Assembly: GCF_009914755.1 (NCBI RefSeq)
Contig: NC_060932.1
DNA length: 64,000 nt
Direction: 5' to 3' (one strand)
Source of the DNA: the human T2T-CHM13v2.0 reference genome, Homo sapiens
Of this stretch, positions 54,251-64,000 are shown piece after piece. The position numbers and the translations under genes are program-made. The notes beneath the pieces were generated by a model. That model did no database searches. It was not told the origin of the DNA and saw only the letters and a program-made list of their open reading frames with translations. Numbering within the stretch: position 1 is the stretch's first letter; every line of letters starts with the position of its first letter.

Positions 54251-56534
54251 AGCTAGTTTTATTGCTGTTGTAACCATTTTTGATTTTGGCATTTGCCAGT
54301 TGTACATATTTGAAAGATATATTTTTTAATTATTCATTCTTTGTAATATATTGTTGCCAGTATTTTCCCTAGTCTGGTTCTCTGGTACATTTTTTTATGC
54401 TGCTTAAAACTTTAAAAAAAAATCAATACAATGTGAGGCAAAGGGAAGTGTAATTTAGCAAAAAGTCTGAATTATAGATTTTTTTAAAAGGTTATAAAAT
54501 TTAAAGTAAACAAAGTTATGGAAAATAGAAAAGTGAGTTAAGAAGTCTTTCTGAAACAGAGGTAAGCCGGACATCATTCAATGAACAGAAATCATGATGT
54601 GAAGTAACACTTTGGCAGTAAACCGAGTTTCTTTAAGTGGTTCAAAAAAATTTTTTTTGTCTTAGGTAGGTTCAAATTTCTCCCTCAAAGTTGTGTTTAT
54701 ATTACTCATTATGTGTACAAGACCTTTCTTCATGATTTCAAATTCAACTAACATTTCATCAAGTATTTATTATGAGCCAGGTACTTTCGTATAACTAACT
54801 TAGTATGAGAATTCTGTAAGATTGGTATTCTCACCTCCATTTTAAGGCTAGAAGATCAAAGTTCATAGACGTCGAATAACATACGCAGAGTTACACAGAT
54901 AAAGAATAAACAAACTCCTCAGCAGGAGAGATTTTTCAACCTAAACCTTTTGCCTTTAAATCAGTGCTCTTGTCACAGTATCAAATACCAAACAGAATAC
55001 ATTGAAACAGAAGTCATGAATATTTAACAAAAATAAAATTTAGCCTATGTGAAATGATGCCTCTGCAATATTCACATTCAGTTTATAAGTGGTAAAAGAT
55101 ACTTGGTAAGAAATAAGGGCCAAATACAGTTGATTTGAGAAAATTTTCCAAAAGTAGTGAGTTATAAGCACGATGGTTAAGTGAAATAAACATTTAAAAA
55201 ATCCTTATAGATAAAAATAAATACTGTAAAAATATACTAAGAAACAGGTGGTAAAGTATGCCCACACTGACATTAGCTATAACAGATATGCTCAAATGGA
55301 TATAAAAACTGTTAGTGGGAACTGCTTACCATGGACTACCTTGAATGGAAGGTACGTAGAGCATCAAAGTCTATTGATTTTGGGTGAGCTAACAAGAGTT
55401 AGTGGACCAGAGACTGTATTGCCATTTTCCTCATTTTGAAAATAATAGACTGTACAATAATAGAAGTGTTATCACAAGTGCATTATCAAAAACTCATGGG
55501 TGAGCCTCATCTGAAGCAGAGTTTGTAAAGCATATGGCATTTATGGAAATTCCTCCCCTTCAGTGCTCGTAACTGCAGACTTTAGCTGCTTCCATGTGAT
55601 GCAAGCAACTTGCCAATAAATAAAGAAGAGATAAACCAGTCTGCCCACATCATTATGAGCAACAGCGTCAGAAACAACAGCCATTGAGAGAGGGAAGTCT
55701 CTTGTGGCAACATCTGGAGTAGAGAGGATGTGGTGGCATTTAGCTTGACACTTCCAAGTAATTTATTTGTGGAGAAAGACAGTGTTCACTGAATATGGCA
55801 GCATTCATGTATGCATAATATACTTCAGAATCCAATTCTGGAAAGATGGCATCTTTATGATATCTGCATCTCTTTCTCAACTCCCAACTGCTAACTACCT
55901 CTATGAACGTGGTATCAGTAGATAGAGGATGCATAATGAGGACAAACAAGGCCTTGGGACATGCAGAAATCTTGAGAGAAAATGCTGCTGAAGGATTTCT
56001 GCTCCCCCAGGTTAGGTGAGAGCCTGGAAACCAATGGAGAGAGTCCTGGGTTGATGAGTGGAGCATGCAGAACTAGAAAGAGTGCAACCTCTTTGGCCCT
56101 CCAAATTTTCCAGAGCTGGAAAATGTGTTTCTGGGAAGATCTGTTGACTTCCCTGGTCTCAGAGAAGCTTTGTAGGATCTGGACAGGTAGACTGAGTCCC
56201 CCTTTTAACTGAGTCTAGTAGATTATTAGTCTGTAGCACAGAGACCAAAATCCTTTTTCTCATATTTGGAGATCAAAACTAAGATATTGGTAGCTGAACC
56301 TAAACTCCATTGGATGGGTAGTGGAAAATTGCAAACCACTCAAGAGACGCCTAATAGTTAGAAAAAGGAAACACAAGCCATCTGGTAGCAAAACAATGCT
56401 AGAGAAGGCAGGCAACTTAAACAAACAAAATAATAATGCTTGAGAGTACATTACAGCATCAGCAAACACTTCAGAGAAGTAGACACAGCCAAGTGTCATT
56501 ATTGGCAGTAGTTGTTTAATAAAGTTTCTGTGAG

Positions 56535-57478
56535 TAGAGAATACTGAACTATTGCTCTTAGAGGACATACAAGGTGAGGTTTCTGTGAGCCTCTGATCAC
56601 AACAATCTTATCAACCAATCAATACATAATCTTATTCTATATGTGATTCTTTAAAAAAAACACCTGATTTAGTATATATTGTAGATTCATTCATGTATTA
56701 GTCCATTCTCACATTGCTATAAATAACTAGCTAAGACTGTGTAGTTTATGAAGAAAAGAGGTTTAATTGACTCACAGTTTCGTATGGCTGGGGAGGCCTC
56801 AGGAAACTTACAATCATAGCAGAAGGTGAAGGGGAAGCAAGGCACATCTTTCCATGGTGGAGCAGGAAAGAGAGAGGTGAAGGCGGAAGTACTACACACT
56901 TTTAAACCATCAGATCTCATGAGAAGTCACTCACTAGCATGAGAACAGGATGGGGAAAATCCGCCCCCATGATCCAATAGCCTCTCACCAGGTCCCTCCC
57001 CCAACATTGGGAGTGAAAATTCCACGGGAGATTTTGGTGGGGTCACAGAACCAAACCATATCAATTAATGTGCCTGAACAACAGTATAGCCCATGCCTGA
57101 ACAAAGCTTATCTAACATGTACAATTTTTTAGTAAGGCACATCATGGCCTTGTTGTGCTTAGGAACACTAGACTTCAGCACCAAGCTTGGGAGCTATTTT
57201 AAATAGCAAAACTACCCAAAAAGGCATAATCATGTAAAAAATGTGGCAGTAAATACACCATGAAAAATACATTTGTTTACAGTACAAGAGCTGAAGCAAT
57301 AAGGTGGTGTTGTTTGGCCTCAGCTGGGAACATGTGCATTCCCCCATATTTTGCCACTCTGAGGATGTCCATGTATGACAGTGAAAGCTCCATGGGTATT
57401 GGTTTTAAAGTTAAAAATATATCTTAGTAAGTAGACAAATTTGCAAACACAGAATCCATGAATAATGAGAATCAACTG
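56535..57478. mobile_element. MER6-like TcMar-Tigger element interrupted by an MST/THE LTR
   Basis: Terminal GTAGACAAATTTGCAAACACAGAATCCATGAATAATGAGAATCAACTG|TA; left boundary approximate. Confidence 0.7.
56694..57063 (-). mobile_element. MSTA/THE1D-like MaLR solo LTR
   Basis: TGTATTAGTCCATTCTCACATTGCTATAAA...CCAAACCATATCA; TSD ATTCA/ATTAA. Confidence 0.9.
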
Positions 57479-57598
57479 TATATAATAATTCTTTTAAACT
57501 AAAACCTTTGGTAGTTGAAGGAGAAGGTGGTCATTGTTAGAACCTGGAAGACCAAGTAGAAGAAAAATCTCAAACCAGGAGAAAAGATTAAGAAATGG

Positions 57599-57897
<299 letters not shown>

Positions 57898-58337
57898 GGA
57901 ATGGATCTGTGAGGAGAAAGGCAAGAGATGAGGAGAATAGGTGGGTTATGTTTGATTTACAATACTGGTACTTACAGGTGAACAAAGACAGCAGCTGAAG
58001 AAAGAATAATAAAAAGTTAATACATTTTAAAGTATACTGAGTTAAAGAAAGGCCTGAGTCAGAAGCCCAAAGCCTTGCCCAATCCTAGGCAAGACTGATA
58101 TTAAAAAATACACACACATCAAGCCAAAGTCTGACACTGTTCTTCACTTTTGGATCTCAGGGATAAGGAGAAAACGTTTCAAGCTTCTATGCAGAAAAAA
58201 GCAGTAAGTTTCAAAGGTAAAAAGGAGATAGTAGAACAGTATTTGGAGACTTCTAAGAAAATGAACATTGACCCAAGAATTGTATGTTAAATCACAATAA
58301 TAAGATGTACTTGTTGATGTGAAAGAAAGATCATCTT

Positions 58338-58540
58338 GCAGCCTGGGCAACATGGCAAGACCTTGTCTGTACAAAAATGCAAAAAATTAGCCAGGTACAG
58401 TGGTGCATGCCTGTAGTCCCAGCTTCTCAGAAGGCTGAGGTGGAAGGATCACCTGAGCCCAGGAGGATGAGGTTGTGGTGAGCCATGATTGCACTCCTGC
58501 ACTCCTTCCTGGATGACAGAGTGAGGCTCTGTCTCAAAAG
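58338..58540 (+). mobile_element. 5'-truncated AluJ
   Basis: CAGCCTGGGCAACATGGCAAGACC...GGAAGGATCACCTGAGCCCAGGAGG. Confidence 0.88.
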
Positions 58541-58894
58541 GGAGAGAGAGAGGGAGGCAGGGAGGGAGGAGAGAGAAAGAAAGAAAGAAGGAGAGAAGGA
58601 GAGAGAGAGAGAGAGAAAATAAAGGAAGGAAGGAAGGAAGGAAGGAAGGAAGGAAGGAAGGAAGGAAGAAAGAAAGAAAGGAAGGAAGGAAGAAACAAAG
58701 AAAGAAAGAAAGAAGAAAGAGAAAGAAAGAAAGAAAGAAAGAAAGAAGGAAAAGAAAATAAAGGAGGGAGGGAGAGAGAGAAAGAAAAAAAGAAAAAGAA
58801 AGAAAGAAAGAGAAAGGAAGGAAGGAAAGGAAAGGAAGGAAGGAAAGAAAGAAAGTAAGAAAGAGAAAGAAAAGGAAAGAAAAGAAAAGAAGGA
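58537..58894. repeat. Polypurine (GGAA/GAAA/GA)n compound microsatellite derived from the Alu tail
   Basis: ~355 bp almost entirely purine; (GGAA)11 at 58624-58667. Confidence 0.95.
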
Positions 58895-59639
58895 CGGAAA
58901 TCTGCAAGGACTTAGAGAAAATAGCACCCACATCTCACCTGAAGAAAATGCTGAAGTTCAAACAACAAATGTTGTTTGTTGTTAAACATTTGTTGAGAGA
59001 TATCTAGACAAGGGAAGACAGAGGGTTTTCATAAGAATGAAAAGTGAATCAAGACAGAGGTAGGGATACAGATCCAGTCATCAAGAGTCTTGGAACACAT
59101 AGCAGACACACCAAAAAAGAATTCCTGAAATAGAAGTCACATGCTACAAAGGACAATGTTTAAACCTGGAAGAAAAAAAACTCCTTCTGTGAATAAAACC
59201 CTGAAGATGTGAGATAGATGATGGTGAAGACAAGCATTTCCAAATTCACATTACATTGAGGTAAGAGGAAAGCAATGGGGATATGGGCTAAGGAACCTTG
59301 GCTAGGAGTCACAACTGATATCTTATTTTAACATAATAGTAGAGGAAGAGCAATTTTGAGCTTCAAGCAAGAAGACATCATTGATTGTGCTATCAAAAAA
59401 GATAGCATACATTCTAAACTGACAAAGGCTAAATAGGTATAGACAGTAAATACATCAGACTAGCAAAAATAAAGAGAATAACTGTAAGTAACAAAGGGCA
59501 ATAAATAATAAATATGAAGAAGTTGAAATAAATAAATCATATATTGTTGTTCTTATACTGTATGTCAATGAGAAGAGGCTGCCAAACTTGTTTAAAAAAA
59601 TATGAACCATCTCCATGTGGTTGACAAAAAATGAAATGA

Positions 59640-61500
59640 ATATGAAGTAATTAAAAAGTAGAAAATAGAGAAGATGAGTAAAGATATACCAGCCATCCAA
59701 TTAAAAAGCTGAAATAGTTGTACTAGTATTCTATAAGCTGTAATTATGCAATTTATATATTGTATACATATTTGTAAATTATATGTGCGTATATTACTCT
59801 TCATTCTTCAAATATATACTATACATTTTACATATGTCTAACAAGAATTTATGAAAATTGATCAGAATCATGACTACACAAACCCTAAAAAATTCAAAAT
59901 AGAAGTTTGACAGAATACATACTATGAACAAAATCATAATGACTATAAATAATAAATAACAAAAAAGACCAAAATTTATTGACTACTTAGAAGCAAAAAA
60001 CACAAAGCGACAAGTGTAACTGAAATTACATTCTATCTGAAAAGCAATGAAAAGGAGAAAACTTTATATTAAAACCCATGGGCCACAATAAAATCAGTAT
60101 TCAGAGAAATATTTAGACCCTAAAATGGCATTATTCTGGAAGAAGGAAGACAAAATACAAAGAAAATCAGTCCTTTTCTTAGGAAATAACTGAGTGTAAA
60201 CCCAAAAGTCTAATGAAGAAAGAACTATTCAAGTAAAAACTGAAATTAATAAAATATATAGGAAAAAGTATATACATTTTAGAAGAAATACATTAAAAAT
60301 ATGGTTCTTTGAAAAGATCAATAAAGTATATAAATGCCTTATGAGACTAAAAAAAGAGATAAAGTAAAATATTTATGATACAAAATGAAACAGGAGGCTT
60401 AAACTCATATGTAAAAAAACTAAAAATTATAAATAAATAATATGTGCAAATATGCTGCAAATAAATTAAAACAAACCTAGAAAAAAAGGATATCTCCCAA
60501 CTAAAATACAAACTACCAAAACTACTCAGAAGTAGAAAATCTGAGCAGACCAGTTACCGAAAAAAGTATTGAAAACTCAAATAAAGATTTATTCTTAAAA
60601 AAAGACATCAGGCTAGGTGATTTCACAACTGAGTTCTATGTAAACTTGTAAAAACCACCTATTTCTAATGCTATTTAAAACTTCTGATGGCACAAGGAAA
60701 ATGAAAAGCTCAGCAACGCAACTCTTCAACCAGTGTCACTTTAAGACAAAGCTCTGCAAAGTTCTGAAAAAGACACAACATGGCAATTACAATAACTGTA
60801 TGTCAATGTTATTTATGACTTAGGATGCAAAATTTGCAATATTGCCAAACACGATAATGCCACAACTTGGTGGGCTTAATTCCAAAAATACTCTATTAGG
60901 AAATTTATTAATATAATAGTAATAAAAATATTGATACCAAATTTATCTTCAGTATTGATTGTGCATCAGATACTCTGCTACATAATGTATACGTATTAAC
61001 ACAGTTACCATCTCATTGCAACCCTATTTTGGTCATTGTAATCATAATTATCATTGAACTGTGAAGACGGAAAACCCAAGGCATAAAGAAGATAATTTGT
61101 ATCCCTGTGATCACATGGAGAGTAACTGGTAGGCCTAAAACTCCCAGAAATTTTGGCTCCTCTGTCCCTGACCTTAACCACTCCACTACTAAGACAAGTG
61201 TGTGCTGGGGGCAGGAGGGGGGTAGGGTAAGCTCATAAGAACAAATGCTAGAAAGGAATTTGGTTAAATTCAGTAGCTATTATGACTATATAAAAAAATC
61301 AAAACCACGTCATGATTCACTATGTACATCTACTCTTAAGCATTACTCTGTTTAAGATGTTCAAAATGGTGAAACTCTGAAGCCACTGCTCTTAAAATCA
61401 AGCACAAGATGGGAGGTCCATTAACTTCAACAATATTCCACATGTTTGATGGTTATCATAACTGCACTGACATAAATGAAATAATAATTTAAAACACTGT
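59640..61500 (+). mobile_element. Highly decayed L1M ORF2 relic, with a MIR (-) at ~60950-61190
   Basis: TGGTTCTTTGAAAAGATCAATAAA, GACATCAGGCTAGGTGATTTCACAACTGAGTTCTAT, ATGGTGAAACTCTGAAGC...TTAAAATCAAG; A-rich. Confidence 0.65.
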
Positions 61501-61849
61501 AAAAGAATCCTCTAAGACATTGCTCTTGCAGTTCTAAACTTCACTCTTATACCATTACTCTTTCTGCTACCTCCAGCATCAGGGCCATTAGCATACAAAC
61601 ATCCTACCACCTTCTTGACTCACTTCGCCCTCCAGCTACCACAGCAAATCTTTGCTGTTCTTTGCATCAAAGCACACTGAAGTGGCTGCTATGTATTTGC
61701 TTATTCTTCAATCTCTTTCTAACCATTTATTCTTATCCTACTTCAAGCTGGCTTTTGTCCCGACCACTCCAACCCCAAAGTGCTCATGATCTGCAAAAAA
61801 CCTCCATGCTGCTGAAGCCTGTGTCAGTTTCATCTTTTTACCATGTGTG

Positions 61850-62270
61850 GGTGTAGGGGTGTACCACCCACATTCCCCTTTAGGGACAAGAAATTCATTT
61901 GCCCAGCTGCCAGGAGCCTTGGCTGCTCACAGCTCACCAAGTCCCTCCCCAGGAATTTCCCAAGGGATTTCACCCAAGATTATGTTCCCTTCTTGGAGCA
62001 GCCCACATCCAGTGATTGTCCATGGGAGGCTACCGAGTATAGCACCTCTACCTCAATTCAGGACATCCCTGAATGGCCACCCCAGCCCCAGAGCTCTTTT
62101 TGGGTGCTGCTGAGGCCTCTGTTACAGCCCCATTACTGCTCAACTTATTTTTCTGTTTAGTTCTGTGTCTCTTGCTTTGTTTCAATCTTCTTCCTGAGGG
62201 TATACCTCGAAAATTGTCTTCCTGGAAACCTCTGTCCCAGTGTAGCTTCCCAGGGACACTGAGCTGTGAT
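61850..62270 (+). mobile_element. LTR16-like ERVL solo LTR
   Basis: TGTAGGGGTGTACCACCCACATTCCCCTTTAGG...CCAGCTGCCAGGAG...GCTTCCCAGGGAC. Confidence 0.65.
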
Positions 62271-62948
62271 CCTCAGTAGCTTTGAGGTGGTTGATCATTT
62301 CCACTTCACTGACACACTGGCTTCCTGTGATCCCTCCAAGTAGACAAGGCATCTCTTTCTCGGTTTCCTTTGCTGGTTCCTTTTCTTCACCACAAATTTT
62401 GATATTGTAGTGACTTGGAATCACAGTCCTGACACTCTCCTCCATCTACATTCCATTCTTGGTGATCTCATTCACTTTTAAGGTTTTAAAAATCATTCAT
62501 ATGCTGAGAAACTTTTAATGGTTATTTCCAACCCTCCCCTCTTCCCTCACAGTGAAATTGCTCTTCCCACAGCCTCCCCCATCTCAACTGGTGAAAAATC
62601 CAGTTTCTTAAGCCCCAATCCTAAAGTCGTTCCTGACTCCTCTCTTTTCCTCAGACCCGACATCCAATCCAGCAAGAATTCCTGTTGGCTCCACCATCAT
62701 ATTACATCAAGATTTCAGCCACTTCTCATACCTCTGTTCAGAGCCGCCATCACCTCTGTCCTGGATTTCTAAAAGAGCCTCCTAACAGCTTTCTGTAGCC
62801 TCCTTACAGGCTTTTTTTTTTTTTCAACATAGCAGCCAGAGTTATTCTTTTAAAACATAAGTCATATTGGGTCATTTATCTGCTCAAAACACTGCAATGG
62901 CCAAAGTAAGCATTCAGTAGAAAACAATTGCCTGCCTACTTCCCCTGT

Positions 62949-63239
62949 CTTTTTTTTTTTTTTTTGAGTGTCGCTCTGTCACCCAGGCTGGAGTGCAGTG
63001 GCATGATCTTGGCTCACTGCAACCTCTACCTCCCAGGTTCAAGCAATTCTCTGCCTCAGCCTCCCAAGTAGCTGGGATTAACAGGTGCCCACCACCACGC
63101 CCAGCTAATTTTTTTGTATCTTTAATACAGATGGGGTTTCACCATCTTGGCCAGCCTGGTCTTGAACTCCTGACCTTGTGATCCACCTACCTTGGCCTCC
63201 CAAAGTGCTGGGATTACAGGCGTGAGCCACCACACCTGG
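62949..63239 (-). mobile_element. AluS SINE, full length
   Basis: T tract then GAGTGTCGCTCTGTCACCCAGGCTGG...GCGTGAGCCACCACACCTGG; ACTTCCCC on both flanks. Confidence 0.95.
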
Positions 63240-64000
63240 ACAACTTCCCCCATCTTTACAATCAGGGAATTGGAATCCTTCTCCTGATTGAGGCCACTGA
63301 TTGGCTTCTGCTGCCAGCCTGTGTAGGCAATGAGCAGACTGGAGTGTCCTACCAGTTACTCTGTTTGCCCAAATGTTCCAGCATTGCTGCACAGGGCAGA
63401 GGCACAAAAAGATGCACAGTAAAGTCAGCCTGAGAAAGCGGTGAAGGGATTGAGGTCAAAGAAGGAATGGACCTTATTTTTTATCTCTGGATAAAAGCAT
63501 CTATGTTAATTATAGCCCTTTGGAACCCACAAATACTTCTTGTTTGAAGTCAAGTTCTGTTCAGCTACTCTTGTGCTGTAATTCAAGTTTTTCTTTTAAG
63601 TTTATGTCTAGAAAGAAAAAAATAATAAAACCACTGCAATGGCTCCCCATTTTTCTTTCTCTTAATATCTCTTGCTCTCTCTTTTGCTAAAAGGCAAATT
63701 TCTTACAATGGTCTATTAGATTCAACATGAATTTCCCTCCATACCCCAATACTTCGTTGTATCTCTGACTTCCTCTCTTACTAATCCTCAACCTCCATTT
63801 GGCCACTTTGGACCCCTTATTGTTTTGCTTTCCTTTCTAGTGCAGCTAACTCTGCTACAGTTTAATTTCCACCAAACCAGGAATCTTGGGCTACTTATTT
63901 ACCAGTAGAGTCTAAGCACCTAGAAAAGTTCTTGGCACATGGCATTAATCCAATCAATAAATGGTAAATGGGTGAATGAAGCAATTAATGAATGGGTGAA

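Larger units (their letters stand above)
61510..64000 (+). mobile_element. Fragmented L2 LINE (split by LTR16-like LTR and Alu)
   Basis: CTCTCCTCCATCTACA...TTGGTGATCTCAT, GACATCCAATCCAGCAAG, GAGCCTCCTAAC, CAGCCAGAG, terminal TGAATGAA repeats. Confidence 0.75.

Noticed and set aside
56372-56392. CTCF-like motif (GCCATCTGGTAG)
   Set aside because: Partial match with mismatches at informative positions; cannot be supported without PWM or ChIP data
58427-58933. F/S/L-rich 160-168 aa ORFs
   Set aside because: Translation of the polypyrimidine strand of the GGAA/GAAA microsatellite
58963-58995. 11-bp inverted repeat CAACAAATGTT...AACATTTGTTG
   Set aside because: Short, AT-rich and low complexity; no supporting context

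Overview
Primate (very probably human) non-coding genomic DNA. It is CpG-depleted, and a large share of it is decayed transposable elements. I found no credible host protein-coding exon, rRNA, tRNA or CRISPR array. The ORF track mostly reflects chance ORFs in Alu, L1, LTR and microsatellite sequence. The only recognisable protein remnants are a frameshifted Tigger (pogo/CENP-B-like) transposase at about 16.1-17.8 kb (minus strand) and broken L1 ORF2 pieces at 27.2-30.0, 37.0-39.0 and 59.6-61.5 kb. The window holds 13 Alus, many solo ERV1/ERVL/MaLR LTRs, hAT and Tigger DNA transposons, and L1/L2/MIR relics, often deeply nested (8.3-11.3, 13.9-18.0 and 18.1-24.8 kb). I see no evidence of a new biological system. 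The observations most worth following up are structural or regulatory: a ~300-bp insert in an MSTD LTR that begins with an inverted copy of nearby DNA; a solo LTR10 with two AP-1 sites splitting an Alu; a 400-bp palindromic RY VNTR with about 14 HRE-core motifs; a pre-miRNA-like hairpin; a micro-inversion inside an MLT1A LTR; a young 110-bp tandem duplication; a nearly tail-less AluY; and a (GGAA)11 microsatellite. Repeat subfamily names come from recalled consensus sequences, not a database search, and boundaries of old elements are approximate.
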